Assembly: GCF_963921235.1 (NCBI RefSeq) | Contig: NC_086097.1 | Coordinates: 110,734,001 to 110,798,000, forward strand | Source: Mobula hypostoma | Taxonomy: Eukaryota | Length of the DNA stretch: 64,000 nt | Direction: 5' to 3' | Notes under the pieces: model-generated | Told to the model about the DNA's origin: nothing | Database searches by the model: none | What the model saw: the letters and a program-made list of their open reading frames with translations, nothing else | Shown here: piece after piece, positions 26,238-38,666 of the stretch | Numbering within the stretch: position 1 is the stretch's first letter | Layout of the letters: each line of letters opens with the position of its first letter | Position numbers and translations under genes: made by a program

Positions 26238-26790
26238 CATGTTGAGTACCCTTTATCCAAAATACTTGGGGGCAGAAGTAGTTTGGATTTTTTTAAATTT
26301 TGGAACACATAATGAGATAGCTTGGGATCACCATCACTTCTGACTCTGAATTTATGTGCTGCCGGTAAGCAGCCTCTGTCTTACATTTGTTCATCACACA
26401 AATGTATCTGAAAGTAAAAACATATTACATACCATTAATACAATGAGAATATAATGTGTGCAGGCTAACAAAATCAGCAGAGCAGCATTGGGAGAATCGC
26501 TGAATCAGCCATTGAACAACAACAAACAGTGGCAGGCGTTCAGTCTCCACCTACCATGCCGTGTTTCTATCTGTACTTCACCTTTTTTTTAGGTTTTATA
26601 TAAGGTATAAAAACAATCAGCATTGTAGACTTGTTTTCGTGTTAGATTTTTATCAGCTACACTTAAAAAGTTTAATGGTGTGCCTTCTCTTAAAATAGTT
26701 TCTACGTGATGTCACTTCTCGGAATGATCTGTGTGCAGAGACCTACCTACACATCACCTGGGAACCTTCCTAGCGCCTTGCAGAATTTTC
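26238..26790. mobile_element. Partial Tigger4/Zombi-like element
   Basis: Terminus ta|catgttgagtaccctttatccaaaatacttgggg resembles Tigger4-type TIRs; the second TIR was not found. Confidence 0.45.
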
Positions 26791-27844
26791 CATTTCTGAC
26801 CACCTGTATTATCATTACCTAGTAATAGTATTATTATTATCATCTGTTCATAGTAAAAAGATTAAAGGAGAGGGAAGAAAAGTAGTTTTTACCTAGAGGG
26901 AAACGGGGATCAAGAAGTTACTGCATGAAAGGATTAAGGATCAACTTTATTCACCATATACATTTACATGTGTTAGGATTTGCTGTGGTGTGTTGGTGCA
27001 ACATGCAACATAAAAGAACATTGAGCTATTAGAGAGAATAAAGAATTATATAAAATCAAGTTAGAGGTTAAAGTATGGATGTGGAATCAAGTGTATATAA
27101 ATACATAAACACTGACACATTTTTACAATGTAAACAACAGTATAAAAAGTGATTTAAAGTGTTTACAGTGCATTGACTGAGGTAATAGAGGCTAACTGGC
27201 ATGGCTGATCAGACGAACTGCCTCGGGAAAGAAACGTTTAAGATGGTGTTAAGTTTTTGCTCTAATACCCCATGGCACTTTCTGGAAAGGAGCTTTTGGA
27301 CGAGCCAGCTTGCAGGGCGGGTAGTGTCTACAATAATATTTTCTGTCCACATCTTTGTCCTAGACTCATACAAGTCCTGCAGCGATGGTAGACTGCAGCC
27401 ATTTCTGCTGTCCTGACAGTTTACTGCAGTTTTCATGTATTGTGACAGGATGCTGCACCTAACCAGACAGTAATGACTGTCATGAGGAGGCTCTCTACGA
27501 TGGCAGTGTAGAATTGCAGTGTCAATGCAGGCACCTTCACCATGTTTTAAATATTTCAAGGTGTATTTGAAGAGCAGTGCCTTGCAGGGGCATGAAACTA
27601 AGCTGGAATCTGAGATTAGTCTGGGTAGCTCCCTCTCCCTCAATTAGCATTAACATCTTCCTAATTGACGGATTTGTTCCAAATGTAAACAGTAAATTAA
27701 TTTCATAAACATTCCAAAAGGGGCAGCACAATGAGATCTATCTTCAAAATTATCAACAAATCACATTATCAATCTCCAGCTCAATTTGGTTTTATGTTAG
27801 AGCTAGTCTAACAGGACCAACACTAGAAATAGCTTTGACTTGAA

Positions 27845-28690
27845 GGTTCAAGATTAAAGATGGTTTCATGTCATTTCCTGTACACAGGCGTAAAGGAGAA
27901 CAAAATAATTGTTACTCCAGATCCGATGTAACATGAAGAAAAATACAAAGATAAAGAACACAACAATAATACCAAAACACATACAATAAATATAAATACA
28001 TAAGATAGCTTATGAGCATAGATTGAATATATTTTCATAAAGTGATGCCAGGCTGAACACAAGGTGACTGACAGGGAATAATAAAGTAGTGGTGGAGTGT
28101 GGATGGAGGTATTGATCAGACTTACTGCATGGGGAAAGTAAATATTTTTGAGTCTGGTGGTCCTGATGTGGATGCTATGTAGCCTCCTCCCTTACGGAAG
28201 TGGGACAAACGGTCCATGACCAGGGTTTGTGGGATCCTTTCTGACGTTACACGCCTTTCTCCGGCACCATTCTGTATAAATGCTCCTTGACAGCGGGTAG
28301 GTTGGAGCCAGTGATGCATTGGGAAGTTTTGACTATCAGCTGTAGTGGCATCCTGCCCACCGCAGTGCAGTTTCTGTACCGAGCAGTAAAACAGCTTGCC
28401 AGGATGCTCTCTGCTGCGCATCTGTAGAATGACATGAGTACAGATGTACAAAATCCAACTCTCTTCAGCCTCCTCAAAAAACAGGGGCGTTGGTGAGCGT
28501 TCTTTACTGTGTAGGATGTGTTCTGGGACCATGAGAGGTTGTGAGAGATGTGCACTGCCGTGAGTTTGAAAATGTTTGCAATTTCCATTGCCATACCGCC
28601 AATGTAAAGGGAGGTGTGAGTGGTTTGAGTTTTCCTGAAGTTGATAACCATTTCCTTCATCTTGTTGACATTAAGGAAAATGTTATTTGC
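27845..28690 (-). mobile_element. Rex1/Babar 3' fragment
   Basis: ORF 28247..28660 (KEMVINFRK...HNLSWSQNT...QRPCFLRRLK); a similar fragment lies at ~26930-27530. Confidence 0.8.
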
Positions 28691-28774
28691 TAGAATAACT
28701 TATAAAAGTAGGAATTAACCGAACACAACTCGAAAGCTTTCTATTTGTGGCAGCTCTTCAAGAATTGGGCCCAG

Positions 28775-29128
28775 ATAGAAACATAGAAACATAGAAAATA
28801 GGTGCAGGAGTAGGCCATTCGGCCCTTCGAGCCTGCACCACCATTTATTATGATCATGGCTGATCATCCAACTCAGAACCCAGCCTTCCCTCCATACCCC
28901 CCTGACCCCTGTAGCCACAAGGGCCATATCTAACTTCCTTTTAAACATAGCTAATGAACTGGCCTCAACAGTTTGCTGTGGCAGAGAATTCCACAGATTC
29001 ATCACTCTCTGTGTGAAGAAGTTTTTCCTAATCTCGGTCCTAAAAGGCTTCCCCTCTATCCTCAAACTGTGACCCCTCGTTCTGGACCTCCCCAACATCG
29101 GGAACAATCTTCCCGCATCTAGCCTGTT
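28775..29128 (-). mobile_element. Young 5'-truncated CR1
   Basis: Nearly identical by eye to 34381-34727; (ATGTTTCT)n tail. Confidence 0.9.
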
Positions 29129-29268
29129 CCAAGACTATTAATTCCAGTAAAACTCTCAACACTACAAAAATTTTGAAGATAAACATTGACAAATTGCTTC
29201 ACATATTACACAACCTCAGTTGCTTTTGAAGAAGATTAATGCTTCTAGAAATTTATCTTTATACAGTA

Positions 29269-30370
29269 CTAAACTATGGCGTGACCCGTCGGGGCACCCT
29301 TTGAGAGAAGGGTAGTGCAGTCTGATGTGACAAGAATGAACATTAAATTTTCCTGAATGCTATTGGTATCGCTTTGCTTTGGAAACTGAAGTAGAAAACC
29401 TCAGTTTATTAAAGAAGAACGACGCATAACAAAGCAAATATAGCTGCTCCTCCTTTAACGAAGGACACTTTTGATGGCATTATTTCTGGTTTATCTGCCA
29501 CCCTTGTGCCTCTCGTTGTCATTCTGGAGACATGCAGCCCTTTCATCCCCCACCTCTTCATCTCTTCTGCTATTTGTTCTTTGTCTCTGACCCTGGAGAC
29601 GTGCATGCCTCTCCTCCTCTGTCCCTTCTTCTCTCATCTTTTTTGTCCTGACTCTTTGATCCTGGAGTAGTGCAGCCCTGGCCTCATCCAGTTCTTGTTC
29701 TCTCCCTCTCCTTGCCACTTCCCGATGACATTTGGCGTCATCTCTTGACCATAATGTCCCCCTTCCCTTTCCACACGGCATAATTAGGCTGATCTTTTTT
29801 TTTACCCGAATGCTGGATAGAAGATGCGAAGCAGTAACACCAAAGGATGCTGATTATTCTTGATGCTGTGGTTGGCGCTCTCCTAAATGGACGTGATATA
29901 GTCACCACTGTCCTTTGACTGCAGCCAAGGGTTATATGGGTGTCTCGAAGTACGTCATTACAATAAAATTTAATTATCTCTTATTGATGGGTGGCAGTTT
30001 GATCTGTCCCAATCCTGCACATGCTGATGGTGATTAGCAGAATGTGTCCCCTTGAAATAGAGCTGCCCTGCCCTTTTACTCCGGTAGGTGTCGCTGCTGA
30101 GGCTGGCCGTGTGCATGCGTCGGGCTGTCGCGTCCTGATTTCCATGATGAAGGATCGGCTCTCGGGTTAAAAGGGAGCCTGTTGATTTTGGGGAATGAGC
30201 AATTTTATACGAATATATAACACTGAACTTTGCCTGCATTCTGTAAGTTAGCGCATTTTAATTCGATTTAGCCAAGAAAAAGTGCTGTTGTAATGCACCA
30301 TTTGCACTAATTGGAGGTCACAAACAGACAAACAGACATACAGAACATGAGAGTTTTAGTAGTATGTAGA
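29269..30370 (-). mobile_element. Non-autonomous (internally deleted) Helitron
   Basis: Minus strand A|TCTAC... start, subterminal (CTGT)-type microsatellite, 3' hairpin GTGCCCC-GAC-GGGTCAC ~12 nt before the terminal TTAG|T, no TSD. ORF 29491..29781 has charged ETEEER.ARL-type repeats like RepHel N-termini. Confidence 0.75.
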
Positions 30371-30442
30371 TATCATGCAGGCATCTGTGATGACATGGTA
30401 AAAGCTGACTATCAAATGGATTATAAAACCTTGGATCAGTAC

Positions 30443-30528
30443 CTTTCCAACACCTCCATCTTGCGGGGCTCCTCCTACGATCTCCAAAGAACTGGGTTGT
30501 GTGAAGTGGCCTGTAGCCACTGAGTATC
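30443..30528 (-). CDS. ITGA9: Integrin alpha-9 coding exon (equivalent to exon 7), 86 nt, phase 1 to 0
   Basis: aactag|GATACTCA...GGAAAG|gtactg; translates (G)YSVATGHFTQPSSLEIVGGAPQDGGVGK; also visible inside track ORF 30356..30610. Confidence 0.95.
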
Positions 30529-32005
30529 CTAGTTGAAGAAAGAAGAGCATGAGAAATGTGCAGTCCAGCTGATTCAAGCTACCATGGCCCATTGTTTCAG
30601 AGACTTCCATACCATTTTGTCAGAGTTAACAGCAACTCAGGAAATGCATTGCAAAAACTTCACTGTGCAGGAGAAATGGGATTAGCACAACTCAGAACAT
30701 ACATGCAGAAGAGTTCAACATAGGCCAAAGGCCTATTTCTATCACTTTATGACTAACATAAGAAATTAAGAAAATACAAACAGCACCTCAAGCCTGCCCT
30801 GCCATTCACTAGATTATTTCAGATTTTACTAACACCCTGTGCAAAGGTTCTTTAGAAGGGTCTTGGCCCAAAACATTGACCGTTTATTCATTTCCATAGA
30901 TGCTGTCTGACCAGCTGAACTTCTCCAGACTTTTGGGTGTTGCTTTCAAACAAAACCTCCCTCTTTCTAAACTCATGTCCCTTGCTTCCCTCACTCCTTG
31001 CCGTACCCGCCCACTATCCTTTCACAATTCGTGCACAACAACACCTGGATACATCTGTGCTTCACTCATTCGTCATCTCTTTCCACATAATCTACCTTCT
31101 AATTCCTTTTACCAAAGTGCATGGTTTTCCCTTTTGCTACTTTAAACTCAAGATTTCACCCACTCATTGAATGTCTCTTTGCATTTTCAGTGTCGTCATC
31201 ACAACATGCCTTTCCTCTTATCTTCATGACATTGGTAAACCTGGATACCTTGTATTCTGCCCCTTGACTCTGGGAGGACTGTAGTATATATCAAACAAAC
31301 TACCTAATAATTTTTCCAAATTCAATGCTCTAAAGATCCTGTAAAGATGTCTTTCCTCATGACTGCAGTAATGGCTTCCTTCTTCATATTCCACCCCCTT
31401 TCTTACCTAAAGCGTCTATAATCCAGAATGCTGAGGTGGCAGCCCTGCCCTTTTTCGAATCATGTCTCACTGATTGCAACAGTAACATACTCCCATGTGT
31501 AATCAACACTCCAAGTTCATCTACTTCACCAGTCAAGTTCCTTGCATTAAAATGCATGCAGTTTAGCCTTCCAATCCTCCCACATGCTTTATCACGCCAA
31601 TGTCTGCTCAGCCTAGTGGACTGACATAGATTTTCTCCATATTTGACTAAACTTTGCCCACCATAGGTCCTATTGGCTGCAAAATTAGTTTTAAACCTCT
31701 CCTACCACAAAAGCAAATTTTCTAGCAAGAATATTGAATGATTTTTGGTTCAGATATAATTAATTTCATGGAACAAAAGTTAATTGAAAAAGATTAATGG
31801 AAAAGTTTAATCTGAACTTGGAAAAGCGGGAATTCAAAGGAACTTGATGGGGGTCTTTGTTAGGGAGAGGTACTGCCTAATCAATTTGATGGGACTTTTG
31901 AAGGTAATAAAATTTACTGAATAGGAGAGTGACTGATATCGTCCTCCTAGACTTCACTCTTTGATAAAATGTTCAAAACCGTTAAGAGGGCAGGGAATCC
32001 AAACT

Positions 32006-32530
32006 ACATTCACTGGCCACTTTATTAGATACACCCTTTCATTAATGCAACTATCTAATCAGCCAATCATGTGGCAGCAACTCAAAAAAGTATACAGACG
32101 TGGTCAAGAGGTTCACTTGTTGTTCAGGCCAACATCAGAATGCGGAAGAAAGTGATTTAAGTGATGTTGACTGTGAAATGATTGTTGGTGCCAAGCAGGG
32201 ATGGTTTGAGTATCTTGGAACTGCTCATCTCCTGGGATATTCATGCACAACCGTCTCTAAAGTTTACAGAGAATGGTGCAAAAAAACCAACAAGAAACAA
32301 TCAGTGAGCAGCAGTTATGTCGGCAAAAATTCCTTGTTAAAGAGAGAGATGTCAGAGAAGAATGGCCCAACTGGTTCAGGCTGACAGGAAGGCAACTCAA
32401 ATAACCACGCCTTACAACAGCGGTGTGTGCAGAAGTGCACCGTTGAATGCATGTCGAACCGTGAAGCAGATGGGCTACAGCAGCAGAAGACCACAAACAT
32501 ACACTCAGTGGCCACTTTATGAGGTACAGA
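32006..32530 (+). mobile_element. Non-autonomous Tc1-like element nested in an old CR1
   Basis: TIR motif ca.tggccactttat.ag.tac at both ends, here in direct orientation; decayed paired-like HTH in ORF 32100..32384. Confidence 0.8.
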
Positions 32531-32590
32531 AGGGAACAATTTCATTAAGAATATAGGAAATATAATTACTGGGTTTGCAGATGACACAAA

Positions 32591-33000
32591 CCTCCAAGTG
32601 GACCACAACCTTGGAGGCTTGTGTGCCTCAGTTACCTGGAAAGCTATATTGGTTGGAGTCAAGGCTTTCAGCTTTGGCTCTTAGTAGGGTCACACAAGCC
32701 AAACAGGTCAAAGGGTAGAGGCCAGACTAAGAGTGGTCCACCGATCCTCCAGGTTCAGGATTCAGCTCAGGGCCAACAGCCTTGACTGGTAAAACAAAAC
32801 TGTTATGGACACAGCAATGAAGAACCCTTCTATATCTGAGTGTGACAGTATTCCTGAGTCTCCACTCGGGACTTGCATGACTGACAGTCATGAAAACTGA
32901 GGAAGCTACTGACGTGATGAAGGAAGCCCTGAACACCACCTGAGATAGAGGACTTTCTTTGCTGCCCTAAACACCAGCAGCGTAATGGGCAGTAAGTGAG
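32591..33000 (+). mobile_element. Non-autonomous RTE-derived short retroelement (5' head joined to 3' tail)
   Basis: 12-bp TSD agatgacacaaa (32579-32590) / agatggcacaaa (33003-33014) inside the CR1 FADDTK motif; RTE-like tail gctgccctaaac.ccag..gcgtaatgggcagtaagt. Confidence 0.7.
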
Positions 33001-33754
33001 AAAGATGGCACAAAATCAACAGTGTTGAGGATAGTCATAAGATACAGAATGATACCGATCATTTTCTAAGGCCAGCCAAGCAATAGCAGAAAGGATTTAA
33101 TCCTGATGTGCAAGGTGATGCACTCTTGGATAACTAATAAGAGTAGGATATACTCTGTGAATGGCAGAGATCAAGACAGCATTAAGAAACAGAGGAACCT
33201 CAGTTTACAAGTCCAAAGTTCCTTGAAGACAGCAGAACAGGAAGATGAGATAGCGAAGAAAGCACAACAGATACTTAGCAACACACACAGATGCTGGAGG
33301 AACTCAGCAGGTCAGGCAGCATCTTTGGACAAGAGTAAACAGCCAATGTTTTGGACCAAAACCCTTCTTCATGACTTCAGACACTTGCCTCCATTAGCTA
33401 GAGCCCTTAAAAGAAGCGAATAAGTACATCACAGAACTGGGGTGTTGTGTACACAATAAAAAGGATATGATTTGATGCAGAGGAAAAGCTGGGCTTTAAT
33501 TCCTTGCAGAGAAGTAAGATGAGGAGGTACTTGATGGAGGTCAACAAAATTATGTGGGGCATAGGAGGGAAGTTTTCCCTTCTGTGGGATTATCTAAAAC
33601 TAGAGGGAACTGGTTTTGGGTAAAGGTTGAGAGGTTTAGAAGAGATCTGAGGAAGAGTTTCTTTCTAATCATAAACCAGAGAAAATCTGCAGATGTTGGA
33701 AATCCAAGCAACACACACAAAATGCTGCAGGAACTCAATAGGCCAGGCAAATAA

Positions 33755-34032
33755 ATTTATTTATTTATTGACACACAGCACGGAGTCGGCTCTTCCAGCC
33801 TTCTGAGCCGTGCCATCCAGCAATCCCTCAGATTTAACCCTCGCTTAATCACAGGACAATTTACAATGACCAATTAAACTACCAACTGGACTGTGGGAGG
33901 AAACCGGAGCACCCAGAGGAAATCCACGGATTCACAGGGAGAACGTACGAATTCCTTACAGGCAGCAGGAGGATTGAACCAGGGTTACCTGTACTGCAAA
34001 AGCGTTGTGCTAACCACTACACCACAGTGCCG
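33755..34032 (-). mobile_element. tRNA-headed V-SINE/HE1-like SINE
   Basis: Minus strand has A box TGGTGTAGTGG, B box GGTTCAATCC, the central domain gggtgctccggttttcctcccacagtcca and a (TAAA)n tail. Confidence 0.85.
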
Positions 34033-34381
34033 TTATACTGTCATTCTAATGTCAGAGCTGCTTTGCAACATTTCGACACCAGCACTCCATGTTTATCAAG
34101 AACAAAAGAAACACTTCATCAAATGAAAAGTTTCCAAGGATAACACGGCTCTACAGCAGCAGGTGGTGACCTTTACTAGAGGCTACACTGAACAGAGGCT
34201 GTGGCCTGGCTTCACGTCTGTGAACTCACTTCTGTAAAACTTCAGTTCTGAATGCTGTTTGCTTACTCCTATTATTTGTATGATCTGTTTTTTTTCTCTG
34301 CACATTGGGTGTTTGATGTCTTTTTTTTAAAAAATGGGTTCTACTAGGGTTCTTTGTTTTGTGGCTGCCTGTAAGGAGACA

Positions 34382-35818
34382 TAGAAACATAGAAAATAGG
34401 TGCAGGAGTAGGCCATTCGGCCCTTCGAGCCTGCACCGCCATTTATTATGATCATGGCTGATCATCCAACTCAGAACCCAGCCTTCCCTCCATACCCCCT
34501 GACCCCTGTAGCCACAAGGGCCATATCTAACTTCCTTTTAAACATAGCTAATGAACTGGCCTCAACAGTTTGCTGTGGCAGAGAATTCCACAGATTCACC
34601 ACTCTCTGTGTGAAGAAGTTTTTCCTAACCTCGGTCCTAAAAGGCTTCCCCTCTATCCTCAAACTGTGACCCCTCGTTCTAGACCTCCCTAACATCGGGA
34701 ACAATCTTCCCGCATCTAGCCTGTCCAATCCCTTTAGGATCTTATACGTTTCAATCAGATCCCCCCTCAATCTTCTAAATTCCAACGAGTACAAGCCCAG
34801 TTCATCCAGTCTTTCTTCATATGAAAGACCTGCCATCCCAGGAATCAATCTGGTGATCTGGTGAACCTTCTTTGTACTCCCTCTATGGCAAAGATGTCTT
34901 TCCTCAGATTAGGGGACCAAAACTGCACACAAAACTCCAGGTGTGGTCTCACCAAGGCCTTGTACAACTGCAGTAGTACCTCCCTGCTCCTGTACTCAAA
35001 TCCTCTCGCTATAAATGCCAGCATACCGTTCGCCTTTTTCACCGCCTGCTGTACCTGCATGCCCACTTTCAATGACTGGTGTATAATGACACCCAGGTCT
35101 CGTTGCACCTCCCCTTTTCCTAATCGGCCACCATTCAGATAATAATCTGTTTTCCTATTTTTGCCACCAAAGTGGATAACTTCACATTTATCCACATTAA
35201 ATTGCATCTGCCATGAGTTTGCCCACTCACCCAACCTATCCAAGTCACCCTGCATCCTCTTAGCATCCTCCTCACTGCTAACACTGCCACCCAGCTTTGT
35301 GTCATCCGCAAACTTGGAGATGCTGTATTTAATTCCCTCATCCAAGTCATTAATATATATTGTAAACAACTGGGGTCCCAGCACTGAGCCTTGTGGTACC
35401 CCACTAGTCACCGCCTGCCATTCTGAAAAGGTCCCGTTTATTCCCACTCTTTGCTTCCTGTCTGCTAACCAATTCTCCACCCACACCAATACCTTACCCC
35501 CAATACCGTGTGCTTTAAGTTTGCACACTAATCTCCTATGTGGGACCTTGTCAAAAGCCTTTTGAAAATCCAAATATACCACATCCACTGGTTCTCCCCT
35601 ATCCACTCTACTAGTTACATCCTCAAAAAATTCTATGAGATTCGTCAGACATGATTTTCCTTTCACAAATCCATGCTGACTTTGTCCGATCATTTCACCG
35701 CTTTCCAAATGTGCTGTTATCACATCCTTGATAACTGACTCCAGCAGTTTCCCCACCACCGACGTTAGGCTAACCGGCCTATAATTCCCCGGTTTCTCTC
35801 TCCCTCCTTTTTTAAAAA
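34382..35818 (-). mobile_element. Young 5'-truncated CR1 LINE
   Basis: 326-aa RT ORF (YLDFQKAFDKV, GVPQGSVLGP, FADD); 6-bp TSD gagaca at 34376-34381 and 35819-35824; frameshift caused by a tandem duplication of atctggtg near 34848-34863. Confidence 0.95.
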
Positions 35819-35900
35819 GAGACAAATCTCAAGGTTGTTTAACGTATACATACTTTAATAATAGATGCACTTTGAATTTTGCAAGGTTTTCTTTACTTAC

Positions 35901-36030
35901 CCAGGTAACGGTAGTGGCTGGACCCAAAACCTGTATCCTCAAAATGATAATTTTTGCCATCTTTCAAACTGTAAACTTTCACTGTACCAGTCCAGTAGTA
36001 TGATCCAGGTGCTCCCATTACAACAAGGTC
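35901..36030 (-). CDS. ITGA9: Integrin alpha-9 coding exon (equivalent to exon 6), 130 nt, phase 0 to 1
   Basis: ttgtag|GACCTT...TACCTGG|gtaagt; translates DLVVMGAPGSYYWTGTVKVYSLKDGKNYHFEDTGFGSSHYRYL(G), an FG-GAP repeat. Confidence 0.95.
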
Positions 36031-37096
36031 CTACAAAATAAAATGGATGTTAACCCATTTGAGTGAAGATATCTGTATTGTACTTAATTAATGCTTAATC
36101 ATGACAAATTAAGACAGCGGTGTGAGTTACCAATTTAGTAGAAATTAGCCAAACCATCATACATGACTGTGTTACAAATAATTGAGATGTCTGCAACAGT
36201 TAAAGTTTATTTTATAAAAAACACATTTAGCTCAAATCCAGCCTCACTTATAACCCCCTCAGAGGAAATCTGAGTTTTCACTGGCTGCAGCTGCTCAGAG
36301 TTATTTGGATGTGCAGACATTGGTAGGCGTGGATTAGAATGATATTGCCTGTGAAAAATACATAATTACCTAACAATTCAAGCACTGTAAACAAATTAAA
36401 CTGGTAATTGGACTCTCTTTCTAGGCTTCAGTTCAGAAAGTTATTTGCTTGCATTTATGTTTACTTGATTTGTTTTTTGTTCCCTGCACACTGGGTGGTC
36501 AATTTTCCTTTTTTAATAGGTCCTTTTGGGTTTCTTTTTTGTGGCTGCCTGTAAGGAGACAATCTCAAGGTTGCTTGATGTATACATACTTTGATAATAA
36601 ATGGACTTTGAACTTTGAAATGGCTGAGTACTTTCGTCACTTCCAGCAATTTAAATTAGCTATTTATAGCTAGAGGACTAATTTTTTTTCCTGAGATACC
36701 CATTCTTAGATTAAAAATAATAAAATAGTTTAAGTATGGATTTCAACATATATTAATGTGCATCTTTAAAAAGGAGGAAAAATTCTATCTTGTTATGTGC
36801 TATAAGAAGTTGAGACAAACTTGGGTTGTTTTCTCTGGAGCAGCGGAGGCTGAGTGCGGACCTGATAGAACTGTATAAAGCTATGAGAGGCACACGCAGA
36901 AGAGAAAGATGATACCCCTCCCCCAGCGTCAAAATATCTTACACTAGAAGGCGTGCACTAAAGGAAAGAGTGGGGAAAGCTCAAAGGAGATGTGTAGAGC
37001 AAGCTTTTTTAAAAACACAGAATGGTGCATGCCCGGAATGCATTGCCAGTGCGATGGCAGAGGCAGATATGGCAGAGACACTTCAGATACGTACAT

Positions 37097-37508
37097 CCTC
37101 CAACAAGACCACAACCTTGTCGTGGTTTGGAGGCTGGTATGCATCAATGACCCACAGAACTATGCTGTCAGAGGTCAAGGTTTTAGGCTTTGGCTGTTGG
37201 TAGGGTCACCCATCCCAAACAGGTGAAATGGTAGAGGCCAGACCAAAACTGTTCTACTGATCTTCCCGGTTTGGGGGATTCAGCTCAGGGCTAACAACCC
37301 TGACTAGTCAAACAAAACTGTTACAGAAACAGCAATGAAGAATCTTTCTACATCTGTGTGCAGTACTCTCGAGTCTCCACCCAGGACTTGCGTGACTGAC
37401 AGTAGTGAAAACCGAGAGGAAGCTACTGGCACAATGAAGAAAGCTATGAACGCTCCCAGAGATGGAGGACCTTCATTGCTGCCCTAAACGCCAGTGGCAT
37501 AATGGGCA
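37097..37508 (+). mobile_element. Stand-alone copy of the non-autonomous RTE-derived short retroelement
   Basis: Colinear with 32591-33000; interrupts a CR1 3' relic. Confidence 0.75.
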
Positions 37509-38666
37509 AACAAAGACAATAGGTATATGAGTATGCAGATAATGAATGGATATTCAGGCAGAAGGGATCAGGTCTTATTTGGCACAACGTCGTGGGTTGA
37601 AGAGCCTTTTACCACGTGCCTGTTCTTCATTCTCCATTCTAATTACCCAAGGCAGATTCAATTCCAACTGAAAAGCAACTATAAAGATGTTTTGAAAGTT
37701 TACATAGAAGGTAGCTTACTAACAAATACATTGGGAAAATAACAAGAGATAAATGTAAGCAGCTGTTTATAAACCTCTGCCTGCATCTGCCCTTTGGCTG
37801 CTTTCAACAAACCTTCTGTAAACTTGTATAACTGATGATGCTGTGTGTGAAATCATTAAGAACAGTACAGCATGCCAGCAATTGAAGCCTGGTTCTGTTT
37901 ATTATCATTTTCCTGCAGGTAAGGAGTGCCATAACTAGGATTGATTTCCAGTGTGAACTTCAGCAGGAAGCAGATGTTGAAGAGTTTTTAATCTCAGAAA
38001 AGGTTTCTGCCCTTCCGATGGGTTCTGAAGTGGCACATCTGCATTAATAATATTTTCCTTTAACTCAGCAAAAGAGCAGCAGCATCCTCAGTGAAAGAAA
38101 AAACATTCAGAGGGTCTTCTAATGCCGCTAATAAAACAACGGATGACAAGGTGACGAAAGCGATATTTGCAGAGATAACAAAAGCTTAAAACATAAAAGG
38201 AAGATAAACTGTGTCATTTGCAAAGAAACTGTCAGCACAAAACAGTTGAACAAACAAAGTCTCTACAGCAATTGTTCTTACAAACAAAAGGAACAGGGAA
38301 CCATGTTTTGCTTCTCCTTTTCCTCACTATTCAATTCCTAATTTGTAGCTGCACAGTTTAGTGCAAAACAGTTGAACTGTAACCATTGGTACAATTTTGA
38401 AATTCTCCCTGCAATCACAACCCCACTTATAAGAAAGCAAAGCAGGACATGCTTGTTGAAAAGAATTTCTAGAAAGGAAATAAAGGAAAGAACTTACTCA
38501 ATTAGCACCTCGTGCTTCAATAGCTTCGTAACTCAATGGAATTTCAGAATTATTGATCACCTTGACTCATATTTTAACGCCAGAATCAGAATCAGGTTTA
38601 ATATCATTGACATATTTCGTAAAATTTGCTGTTATGTGGCAGCAGCATATTGTAATGCATAGTAAT

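Noticed and set aside
33950..34032. tRNA gene
   Set aside because: The A and B boxes continue directly into a SINE body and tail; no full cloverleaf is evident.
37740..38570. Apparently non-repetitive intronic stretch as a conserved enhancer
   Set aside because: Nothing in the sequence alone supports function; a cross-species alignment would be needed.
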